In this document: piece after piece, positions 20,106-28,297 of the stretch
Position numbering within the stretch: position 1 is the first letter of the stretch
How the letters are laid out: each line of letters begins with the position of its first letter
Assembly: GCA_964349135.1 (NCBI GenBank)
Contig: CAYGFK010000004.1
Location: 728 to 64,727 of the forward strand
Length of the DNA stretch: 64,000 bases
Direction: 5' to 3'
Origin: an uncultured Candidatus Saccharibacteria bacterium
GTDB lineage: Bacteria; Patescibacteriota; Minisyncoccia; Phycocordibacterales; DSPV01
Made by a program: the position numbers and the translations under genes
Notes under the pieces: model-generated
The model's database searches: none
The model's input: the letters and a program-made list of their open reading frames with translations, nothing else
Told to the model about the DNA's origin: nothing

Positions 20106-20657
20106 TTAGCCGAGGGCTGAGGTAATGACCTCTTTCGGCACTGAGGCAGTCTTCTTAAGTGCCGCTTTAATAGCGTTTCCCGTCTTTCCACCGATTTCTG
20201 TTGCAGCTTCAAGTGCTCCAGAAACAGCTTCTTTGGCGGCCATGGTAGTGTCAGCGCCAAGTGAGCCAGCTTTCGCGACAGCACTTCCAAGAATGCTTTC
20301 GACTGCGGAAGCGGTGTCACCACCTACTTCAGCGACACCGGCGATTGCTCCGCGTACGGCACCTTTTGTTGCCATAACGACGTCGCCACCGACATTTTGT
20401 GCCCCTTCAATAACACTTTCAGCGACAGCTGCTGCGCCGTCAACAACAGAGGTTGTTGTTCCAGTAAGTGCCGTAACAGCACCTTTTGCAACTGATGCAA
20501 CCGAGCCGACTGTCTCCTCAGTGAGAGAGCCAGCGCTTTTGATTGTGTCGCCGACCGTTTTTGTTACCGTATCGCGGAGTGCTCCGATGACATCCTCTGC
20601 TCCGGAAATTGCGGCAATCACCGCACTTTTCGCTTCATTGATGATGTTTTCCAGCAT
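20106..20657 (-). CDS. Ala/Gly/Val/Thr-rich protein built from about 22-residue tandem repeats (LEA/apolipoprotein-like amphipathic repeat protein)
   Basis: Repeats such as ATKGAVRGAIAGVAEVGGDTAS / AVESILGSAVAKAGSLGADTTM / AAKEAVSGALEAATEIGGKTGN. A terminator follows on the minus strand. The opposite strand is also open, so strand choice rests on the terminator and the repeat regularity. Confidence 0.55.
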   Translation of the reverse strand: MLENIINEAKSAVIAAISGAEDVIGALRDTVTKTVGDTIKSAGSLTEETVGSVASVAKGAVTALTGTTTSVVDGAAAVAESVIEGAQNVGGDVVMATKGAVRGAIAGVAEVGGDTASAVESILGSAVAKAGSLGADTTMAAKEAVSGALEAATEIGGKTGNAIKAALKKTASVPKEVITSALG

Positions 20658-20799
20658 TGTTCTTAATTATTATTTACTAAAGACTTTTTCAGTATAGCAG
20701 AGTGGTTCTGAAGTCAAAGAGGGTGGTGTGGAGTGTTGCTGGACGCATGTAGCAGTACTACCATCCCCTCAATTTGTGAGTATTTGGTATACTTTAGGT

Positions 20800-22023
20800 A
20801 TGAAATCATCTGAGATAGCCGAAACACTTAAATTTATAGATAAAAAGATTGCTTATCCTGACATTTACTCTATAGAAGGAGCGTCAACCAACCCTGAGGT
20901 TACTGTGAACGGGAAGAAGGTACTCATGTTCTGCTCTAATAATTATTTAAGCATTGCAACCGATTCTCGCATTAAGGAGGTGATGAGGGGGGCTGTCGAA
21001 AAATATGGGATGGGTTCAGGTGGGTCAAGGCTTGTATCAGGGAATATCGATATACAAGCTGAACTTGAGGCAAAAATAGCTCAGTTTAAAGGGGTAGAAG
21101 ATGCTATTACATTTTCGACGGGTTATATGGCGAATACCGGAGTTATTCCAGTTCTACTGAAACCTCCGACTACTTCTTTTTTCGGGTATATTAAGGATAA
21201 GACTTTTCTTAGAGACGCTAGTCTTGTCCTAAGTGATGAATTAAATCATGCGAGCATTGTAGACGGTGTACGTTTATCGAAAGCAGAAAAAATAGTTTTT
21301 AGGCATAAAGATACGGCCGGACTAGAGGAGGCGCTGAAAACATCTCGTGGATACAAAAGGAAGCTCATCGTTACTGACGGAGTATTTAGTATGGATGGAG
21401 ATATTGCACCCTTGTCCGACATCATGAACCTTGCTAAAAAACATGATGCCGTGGTTATGGTTGACGACGCTCACGCTACGGGCATTCTTGGAGAACACGG
21501 GAAAGGCACCGCAGAGCATTTCCATTTAACAGAAAATCCCGATATTTCTATGGGGACGTTCACGAAAGTTTTTGGAGGGGTAGGAGGATTCGTCGCCGGT
21601 TCCAGAGATTTGATTAAATACCTCCGAGTTACCGCACGAACATATATTTTTTCAGCGCCAATACCTCCCGTTATCGCGACAGGTCTTATAAAGGCGATTG
21701 ATATAGTTGCGTCAGAGCCAGAGCGCCGGAGGAAGCTGTGGGAGAATATAACGTATGCTCACGCAGGTCTCCGAAGTAAGAATTTAAATATTTTAGAAAG
21801 TGAGACTCAAATAACCCCTATTCTCATTGGGGACGAGAAAAAAGCGATTAATGTTTCAAGGCGCCTTCTTGAATTAGGATGTTTCCTTCCTTGTGTTCGT
21901 TGGCCTGCCGTTGCGAGGGGTGCTAGCAGATTGCGGATGACTCTTATGACTGACCACACGAAAGAACAAATAGACGCGCTTATAGGCGCTCTTGAAATCG
22001 TGAAGAAGGAGTTCAAGTTTTAA
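20800..22023 (+). CDS. PLP-dependent alpha-oxoamine synthase family enzyme (KBL/BioF/SPT/CqsA-like class II aminotransferase)
   Basis: N-terminal ...KVLMFCSNNYLSIATD...GMGSGGSRLVSGN and the PLP-lysine region DISMGTFTKVFGGVGGFVAGS (SPT-like GTFTKxFG). Start at MKSSEIAE follows a TATACT box. An unusual about 20-aa insertion lies before DELNHASIVDG. Lower GC than the flanks. Confidence 0.85.
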   Translation: MKSSEIAETLKFIDKKIAYPDIYSIEGASTNPEVTVNGKKVLMFCSNNYLSIATDSRIKEVMRGAVEKYGMGSGGSRLVSGNIDIQAELEAKIAQFKGVEDAITFSTGYMANTGVIPVLLKPPTTSFFGYIKDKTFLRDASLVLSDELNHASIVDGVRLSKAEKIVFRHKDTAGLEEALKTSRGYKRKLIVTDGVFSMDGDIAPLSDIMNLAKKHDAVVMVDDAHATGILGEHGKGTAEHFHLTENPDISMGTFTKVFGGVGGFVAGSRDLIKYLRVTARTYIFSAPIPPVIATGLIKAIDIVASEPERRRKLWENITYAHAGLRSKNLNILESETQITPILIGDEKKAINVSRRLLELGCFLPCVRWPAVARGASRLRMTLMTDHTKEQIDALIGALEIVKKEFKF

Positions 22024-22026
22024 TCC

Positions 22027-23022
22027 ATGTCTCTTTTAAATCGATTTAAGGAGATAAGGAGTCGAAGCGGACTTACCTTTTTTGATACTCATATTCATAC
22101 CCACGAAGTCTTAGGTGTTATGGGGAAGGCAGGTTCTTTCTCGAGAAACTATTCCGCAAGTCTTTTAGAGAGGTTGAATTTTAACAATTTCTCTCTCACC
22201 ATCCTCGGTCTTCTCTTTCGAATTACACCGTTTTATATTCGTTCTGAGATACGAAAGAAATTTCCCAGTTCCGAGGATTCACTAGTGCGCGCTTTAACTG
22301 ATGCATCGATAGACAAAGCTACCCTTGTCCCGATTAATCCAAATGTCTCCCCGCGCTCTCTCTATGAGGATTTCTCTTCAGAAGATTTTGTACGACTTGG
22401 TTCTCCTGATTTCTCGCTCTCTCTTGAGTCTCTCAATCAAGATTTAGAAATCCAATTAACGCAATACTCTATTGTCGGGATTAAGTTGCATCCAAACATA
22501 CAATCCTTTTTTCCTCACCCTGGAAAGAACGCAGATGTTTTAAGAGAGAAATTAGATTTAATTTACCGATTTGCCGAGAAGCATAAACTGTATCTGCTGA
22601 TTCATGGAGGTATTTCTTATGTTCCAGCGGGAGGGGGATTTGAGTTGCGAGAATACGGAACAATCAGCAACTTCTTCGATGGAGGTATCTTTTTTCTAGG
22701 TAAGCTTTCCGTTCCTGTTGTGATAGCTCATTTGGGAATTTATAATGAGAGTAATCCTCGCTGGGACCTAATAGAGAAGATTATGACGTATCCCAATATC
22801 TATTTTGATACAGCGGGAGTCAATCCGAAATATATTGAGAGGTTCCTCAAGAAGGGGGGAGTTTCCAAACTCTTGTTCGGTTCTGACGCAATGTATTTTA
22901 ATATTCGACACAGTGTTGAGTCGGTACTCAATGTTTTATATAGATATTCCAAGGTCGATTTTGAAAAGAATGTAATTTCTGTGTTTAGCAAGACCTATAC
23001 AGATTATATCTGTAAGAAATAA
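22027..23022 (+). CDS. amidohydrolase-2 family TIM-barrel metal-dependent hydrolase
   Basis: FFDTHIHTH metal-binding HxH near the N-terminus and LLFGSDAMYF near the C-terminus. Start is 3 nt after the upstream stop. Low GC. Confidence 0.75.
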   Translation: MSLLNRFKEIRSRSGLTFFDTHIHTHEVLGVMGKAGSFSRNYSASLLERLNFNNFSLTILGLLFRITPFYIRSEIRKKFPSSEDSLVRALTDASIDKATLVPINPNVSPRSLYEDFSSEDFVRLGSPDFSLSLESLNQDLEIQLTQYSIVGIKLHPNIQSFFPHPGKNADVLREKLDLIYRFAEKHKLYLLIHGGISYVPAGGGFELREYGTISNFFDGGIFFLGKLSVPVVIAHLGIYNESNPRWDLIEKIMTYPNIYFDTAGVNPKYIERFLKKGGVSKLLFGSDAMYFNIRHSVESVLNVLYRYSKVDFEKNVISVFSKTYTDYICKK

Positions 23023-24590
23023 TGCAGTACGTAATATTATTCTTCAGTATTGTAAATTTACTATTAGGAATCATCATCTGGATTCATAGTAAGCATGAAC
23101 GAGAGACAGTAACCTTTCTTTCGTTCGCTTTTCTCTCGAGTCTTTGGACATTCAACAACTTCTATCTCCGAATTCACCCCGATATTATTTCACTGAGGGC
23201 GTCCTACGCTTTAGGGTTTGTTGTTGCAACGTTCGGGTTGATATGGACATACTTCTTTTTAAAGAAAAATCTCCCTATTTTTGTAAAATATTTCATGCTT
23301 CCTTTAACGGGAGCTTTCTTTGTGGTTGCGCTTTTTTCAGATCGAATTGTTCGTGAGCTGTACTCTGTAGAACCTTTTGGATATGAGGGAGTTCTTGGTG
23401 ATTGGTTTATTGCGTACTCGCTTTATTTCGGCTTAGTCATTTTGCTCATCCTCTACAACTTTTTCCATCAACTTGTTATTGAAGATGATTCCGCAAGACG
23501 AAGTCAGATACAGTATGTGTTAGGAGGCGCAACGGTATTCGCTATAACCTCCTCGATAGTTAGTTTTGTCATCCCGACATTTTTTAACACACTACGTTAT
23601 ACAATTTTCGACAACTTCAGCTTTTCAATATTTTTAGCGAGCATTGTCTATGCCATTCTTCGATTCAGACTATTCAATATCCGTGTACTGGTAACAGAAA
23701 TCTTTGTTTTCTTACTGTGGACCCTTATCTTAATTCGAGCGACAACGTCCGGTGATTTGAGGGATGCGGTCTTAAATGTTGGACTGCTGGTGCTCTCGGT
23801 ACTTATAGGCATCTTTTTGATTAGGAGTGTGTTGCAGGAGGTGAAGCAACGCGAGCAGATTGAACGATTGGCTAAAGATTTGACGGATACGAATGAACGA
23901 CAGGAGAAACTTATTCATTTCATTGGACATGAGGTGAAGGGGTATTTGACGAAAGGTGAGTATGCGTTCGCTGAGTTGATTGACGGTGATTACGGTGAAA
24001 TAAATCCGGACGCGAAGATTCTTGCCACGAATGCTCTTGCTGAGGTGCGGAAGGGGGTTTCGGCGGTGACAGATATTCTCAAGGCGGCAAACCTTAAACG
24101 TGGCACGGTTTCGTATAATAAAGAGAAAACTGACCTTAAAGCGCTCTTAAAGGAAGAAATTATCAAGCTTAGACCGTCAGCAGAAGAACGAGGTCTTGCA
24201 CTTGAGACAAGTTTTAATGAAGAGCAGAAATATATGGTGCGTATAGACCGCACGCAATTCGCTGAGCACGTCATACGCAACCTCATCGACAATTCAATCA
24301 AATACACTTCGAAGGGGAAGGTTATGGTGCGACTTGCGCAGGCGGGTAGTAAGGTTCTATTGGTTATAAAAGACACAGGGGTTGGTATCACTGATGAAGA
24401 TAAGGAACATCTCTTTACTGAGGGAGGTCATGGGAAAGATTCAATTAAAATAAATGTGCACTCAACCGGGTATGGGCTCTATATCGCTAAAGAAATTGTC
24501 GAGGCTCATGACGGCTCCATTAAAGGGGAGTCTGAGGGGAAGGGAATGGGCTCAACGTTTACCGTCGAATTACCTGCAGTTACCTCATAA
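23022..24590 (+). CDS. sensor histidine kinase with N-terminal 8-9 TM sensor domain (orphan; no receiver domain or response regulator nearby)
   Basis: H-box HFIGHEVKGYL and HATPase_c motifs (IDNSIKYT, DTGVGITDED, GYGLYIAKEIVEAHDGSI). Start overlaps the amidohydrolase stop (taATG). Confidence 0.9.
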   Translation: MQYVILFFSIVNLLLGIIIWIHSKHERETVTFLSFAFLSSLWTFNNFYLRIHPDIISLRASYALGFVVATFGLIWTYFFLKKNLPIFVKYFMLPLTGAFFVVALFSDRIVRELYSVEPFGYEGVLGDWFIAYSLYFGLVILLILYNFFHQLVIEDDSARRSQIQYVLGGATVFAITSSIVSFVIPTFFNTLRYTIFDNFSFSIFLASIVYAILRFRLFNIRVLVTEIFVFLLWTLILIRATTSGDLRDAVLNVGLLVLSVLIGIFLIRSVLQEVKQREQIERLAKDLTDTNERQEKLIHFIGHEVKGYLTKGEYAFAELIDGDYGEINPDAKILATNALAEVRKGVSAVTDILKAANLKRGTVSYNKEKTDLKALLKEEIIKLRPSAEERGLALETSFNEEQKYMVRIDRTQFAEHVIRNLIDNSIKYTSKGKVMVRLAQAGSKVLLVIKDTGVGITDEDKEHLFTEGGHGKDSIKINVHSTGYGLYIAKEIVEAHDGSIKGESEGKGMGSTFTVELPAVTS

Positions 24591-24605
24591 TTTCATGGTA
24601 TAGTA

Positions 24606-26018
24606 GTGTCCATGGAAAGAACCCATATTGGGGATTTGAAGGAATATATTGGCAAAGAGGTGACCATTGCCGGATGGGTGGATGTGCGTCGTGACCACGG
24701 CAAGCTTATTTTTATCGATTTGCGCGATGCGTCGGGTAAGGTGCAAATGGTCGCACTTCCGAATCACAAAGAGGCGCATGTGACGGCCAACATGGTTCGT
24801 TCTGAATGGGTGATACAGGTTTCCGGTAGAATAAACAAGCGTCCTGAAAAGATGGTCAATGCGCATGAGCCGAACGGGACTATCGAGCTCGAGATACTTT
24901 CGATTTCAATTCTTAACGAAGCGAATACACCACCTTTTGATGTACAGAGTGATGGAAAAGAAATTGGAGAGGAACATCGGTTGCGTTATCGCTACGTAGA
25001 TTTGCGACGTTCTCGGCTCCAGAAGAACATTCGAAATCGTGCCAAGATATTGCGATTTGTCCGTGAACAGTTCTCGGAGCATGGTTTTGTTGAAATTGAA
25101 ACTCCACTTCTCTCGGCAACAACACCCGAAGGTTCGCGCGATTATGTTGTGCCGTCTCGTATTGAGAATGGAAAGTTTTACTCACTCCCGCAATCACCTC
25201 AGCAATATAAACAGCTTTTGATGACGGCGGGGTTTGAGAAGTACTATCAGATTGCGCGCTGTTTTCGTGATGAGGATACGCGCGGTGACCGTCAACCGGA
25301 ATTTACTCAGCTCGATATGGAGATGAGTTTTGTCGGACGGGAAGATGTCATGATGCTCAATGAAGAGATTATGATTGCGCTCGTACAAATGCTTTACCCC
25401 GAGAAACGAATCCAAGAAGTACCGTTCCCGCGACTTACCTACAAAGAGGCGATGGAGAAATACGGAAGCGATAAACCTGATTTACGTTCGGATAAAAATG
25501 ACCCAAACCTACTCGCGTTTTGCTGGATTATTGATTTTCCGTTTTTTGAGAAAGATGAAGATAGTGGAGGGTGGACGTTTTCACATAACCCTTTTTCCGC
25601 ACCAAAACCCGAGCATATGGAGCACCTCCTCTCAAAAAAGGACGTTGCACATATTTTGACCACGCAGTATGACCTTGCGCTCAATGGAGCCGAGGTCGCG
25701 GGTGGCAGTATTCGTAACCATCGTCCGGAGGCACTTAAAGCGGTGTTTGAAATAATGGGATACAGTAATGAGCGTATTGAGAAAAGCTTCGGGCATATGC
25801 TTGCCGCGCTTGCGTCAGGTACACCTCCTCATGGAGGCATTGCGTGGGGATTTGACCGACTCGTTATGATTCTTGAGAACGAACCGAATATTCGCGAAAC
25901 TATCGCGTTTGCGAAAACCGGCGAAGGTCGTGACCTCTTGATGGGGGCACCTTCGGAAATTGAAGCCGCTCGCCTCAGAGAACTTGGCTTAAAACTCGAC
26001 GATACGAAGAAGAAGTAA
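24606..26018 (+). CDS. aspS: aspartate--tRNA ligase, short archaeal/eukaryotic-type (type 2, likely non-discriminating)
   Basis: Class II aaRS motifs (FRDEDTRGDRQPEFTQLDMEMSF; GGSIRNHRPE; GFDRLVMIL). 470 aa with no GAD insertion. Confidence 0.93.
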   Translation: MSMERTHIGDLKEYIGKEVTIAGWVDVRRDHGKLIFIDLRDASGKVQMVALPNHKEAHVTANMVRSEWVIQVSGRINKRPEKMVNAHEPNGTIELEILSISILNEANTPPFDVQSDGKEIGEEHRLRYRYVDLRRSRLQKNIRNRAKILRFVREQFSEHGFVEIETPLLSATTPEGSRDYVVPSRIENGKFYSLPQSPQQYKQLLMTAGFEKYYQIARCFRDEDTRGDRQPEFTQLDMEMSFVGREDVMMLNEEIMIALVQMLYPEKRIQEVPFPRLTYKEAMEKYGSDKPDLRSDKNDPNLLAFCWIIDFPFFEKDEDSGGWTFSHNPFSAPKPEHMEHLLSKKDVAHILTTQYDLALNGAEVAGGSIRNHRPEALKAVFEIMGYSNERIEKSFGHMLAALASGTPPHGGIAWGFDRLVMILENEPNIRETIAFAKTGEGRDLLMGAPSEIEAARLRELGLKLDDTKKK

Positions 26019-26030
26019 GGAAAAGAAAAA

Positions 26031-26057
26031 CCCGCCGAGCCCTATTGCTCGGCGGGG
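26031..26057. terminator. hairpin cccgccgagc/gctcggcggg after aspS (A-run upstream, no clear T-run downstream)
   Basis: 10-bp GC-rich stem. Orientation ambiguous. Confidence 0.4.
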
Positions 26058-26211
26058 CGTGTACAGGATGTTTTCCTGCAACTACCAACACTATCGGGGT
26101 GCTGGGTTTCGGTGTTCCCACGGTGCGTTGCTGACTCGAATCGCAACGCTTTATGGGAAAGATAGTATAGTCTCAGTTGCATAAGAAGTCAAGGGGCACT
26201 ATATTGGGCCT

Positions 26212-26796
26212 ATGAATAAGGACTTTGGAGAGATGGGGCGTGTTGCCCAAGCGGTGAAGGATGGTGAGATTGCTGTCATTCCTACCGATACCATATATGG
26301 AGTTGTGGCGTCGGCTTTTAACCCCGTGGCGGTAGAGAAATTGTATCTTCTTCGACACCGGAAGCCTGAAAAGCCATTCATTGTACTTATCGCAGACGTA
26401 CAGGAACTTGCAAGATTCGGGGTGGAAATCAGTTCGGAGCTTATGCATTCTCTTGCTCGTGTGTGGCCCGGTCCCGTGAGCGTTATCTTTTCTTGTCCGG
26501 GTGAAACGCTCTCCTATTTACATCGTGGGTCAGGTTCACTGGCCTTTCGAGTTCCAAAGCCGGAATGGTTGAGGAGGTTTCTTGAGATAAGCGGGCCACT
26601 GGTGGCCCCGAGTGCGAATTTCGAGGGAGAACCGCCCTCGCACACCCTCAAAGAAGCAAGAAACTACTTTTCGAGTAGTGTCGAGCACTATTTCGACGGG
26701 GGAGTTATGGACGGAAATCCTTCAACACTCGTACGTTATGAACGAGGGTCATTCTCGATACTACGTCATGGGGCGGGAGATTCCCTTCTTGGATAG
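26212..26796 (+). CDS. tsaC: L-threonylcarbamoyladenylate synthase TsaC/YrdC
   Basis: IAVIPTDTIYGVVA and the YrdC fold motif (LLRHRKPEKPFIVLI... VAPSAN). Confidence 0.9.
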   Translation: MNKDFGEMGRVAQAVKDGEIAVIPTDTIYGVVASAFNPVAVEKLYLLRHRKPEKPFIVLIADVQELARFGVEISSELMHSLARVWPGPVSVIFSCPGETLSYLHRGSGSLAFRVPKPEWLRRFLEISGPLVAPSANFEGEPPSHTLKEARNYFSSSVEHYFDGGVMDGNPSTLVRYERGSFSILRHGAGDSLLG

Positions 26797-26879
26797 AGTT
26801 ATACACAGTTGCACTCGATACGAACCTCTATATAATTTTCGCATTAGTAAAAGTAACGGTTGCATACTACATTTTACGT

Positions 26880-27071
26880 ATGACGCATTACGTATGCCCC
26901 GGTGATTGCGGAGGCGAATCTGGGAAAGTCGGTCTTTGCGAAAGCGAAGGTTGTACTCGCGAAGGAGATGCACTTATCGAATGCGATTGTGATGACGGGC
27001 TACATAAAGGAGTTCTCGATGACTCTCAGGAGCCTGATGTCGAAAGCATGGATGACGAAGATGATTTCTAA
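26880..27071 (+). CDS. small acidic Cys-rich peptide (63 aa: MTHYVCPGDCGG...CESEGC...IECDCDDGLH...acidic tail)
   Basis: TATATAAT -10 box upstream. Strong terminator 15 nt after the stop. 6 Cys including a C-x-C pair. Overlapping track ORFs in other frames look spurious. Confidence 0.45.
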   Translation: MTHYVCPGDCGGESGKVGLCESEGCTREGDALIECDCDDGLHKGVLDDSQEPDVESMDDEDDF

Positions 27072-27085
27072 GCGATTGTCGTAAT

Positions 27086-27117
27086 CAAAAACCCTCCGTC
27101 GTGGCGGAGGGTTTTTT
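27086..27117. terminator. bidirectional rho-independent terminator (accctccg/cggagggt)
   Basis: Flanked by A-run and T-run, between the small ORF (+) and the MFS gene (-). Confidence 0.85.
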
Positions 27118-27126
27118 ATACAAGAT

Positions 27127-28293
27127 TCACTTAGTGTCTTTAAGGGAGAGCGTGCGCAGGGCACCGTAGAGCATGAGCATGCCGAGCACGAGAAAGAGAT
27201 ATTGGATACCGATAAACGGGAGCAGTAGTGTTGCTATGGCAGGACCGACAAGGTAGGCCCATGGACGAGTCGTCCTGAAAAAACTGATAAGTGAGACGTC
27301 ACGGTCACTTACGTGTTTGAAGAAATACGATTCCGTCATGATTTCCACCGTGCTAGCGCCGATACGGCTTGCGAACAAGACTGAGGTCCACACAAGGAAG
27401 CCTGCGCCGACAAGGAATGACATCGCACTTGTGGTAAAAGCCATAATGATAAAACCGGCAATTAAGAGCTCTTTCTCTCCGAGCCATCGGTCGGCAATTC
27501 GGCCAAGTGGACGCTGGTCAAGAATGAATGGCAAAAGCATGATTCCGAACATAAGCGTGATTTCTTTCCATTCGAATCCGATATGGTTGTGGAGATAGAT
27601 GGGCATGTAAATAACCATCCATGAATAAAAGAATCGGAGAAGGAAATCGAGCGTAAAGATTTCCATGACGGCTTTGTGGCGCCGCACGGTCTTGAGTATT
27701 TTGATAATGGGCACTTCGTGGTAGCGTGAGTCTTTGAATTTCTTGAATATGAAGATAGTTAGGACGAGGAGGATAATTGCTGAAGCAGCAGACGCAAGGA
27801 AGACCGTCCCGAAATAATCATCAGTGATGAGAAATCCCGCGAGTGGTTGTGAGAGTACGAATGCGGTGTTGATTGAGACCAGGAACGAACCGCGGATTTC
27901 GCCGGTTACCATGTCGCTTGAGACGTGCTCAACGAACACATCGTAGACAAAAGCGACCACGGTCGCGCTTAGGTAGCTTAGGATAAACGCACCGACCACG
28001 AGTAAGGGGGCTTTCAGGAGGGCCATAATAACCGCTCCGCTTATGCTGAGAAGAAGCGTCGTCGTTGCGATTTTAATATTTCCAAAACGACGCATGAGTC
28101 TCGGGAGGATGGCGAATGCCGTGATGGTGAGCGCCGATGAAAAGACATAAATCCACCCGATGAATTTCTCGGGCATGAATTGACCAAGGAAGGTCGAGGC
28201 GACGTAGGTAGGAAGGGCGATATGAAGGCCGAGCAGGAATCCAAGGAAATAAATCAGCACTGATGGCCGTTTTACTGCCGTGTGAAGTGTCAT
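27127..28293 (-). CDS. MFS transporter
   Basis: 12 predicted TM helices. MFS-like loop between TM2 and TM3 (LPRLMRRFGN). Confidence 0.8.
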   Translation of the reverse strand: MTLHTAVKRPSVLIYFLGFLLGLHIALPTYVASTFLGQFMPEKFIGWIYVFSSALTITAFAILPRLMRRFGNIKIATTTLLLSISGAVIMALLKAPLLVVGAFILSYLSATVVAFVYDVFVEHVSSDMVTGEIRGSFLVSINTAFVLSQPLAGFLITDDYFGTVFLASAASAIILLVLTIFIFKKFKDSRYHEVPIIKILKTVRRHKAVMEIFTLDFLLRFFYSWMVIYMPIYLHNHIGFEWKEITLMFGIMLLPFILDQRPLGRIADRWLGEKELLIAGFIIMAFTTSAMSFLVGAGFLVWTSVLFASRIGASTVEIMTESYFFKHVSDRDVSLISFFRTTRPWAYLVGPAIATLLLPFIGIQYLFLVLGMLMLYGALRTLSLKDTK

Positions 28294-28297
28294 AGGA

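Noticed and set aside
20125-20697. 190-aa plus-strand ORF opposite the Ala-rich repeat gene
   Set aside because: Pro/Ser/Thr/Ala low-complexity mirror of the minus-strand repeats. The terminator orientation and 22-mer regularity favour the minus strand, but this is kept as a caveat in the findings.
26612-27084. ORFs 26612..26905 and 26902..27084 overlapping the tsaC end and the small Cys-rich gene
   Set aside because: Different frames from the signal-flanked 26880..27071 ORF. One reads through the tsaC 3' end and the other ends inside the terminator.
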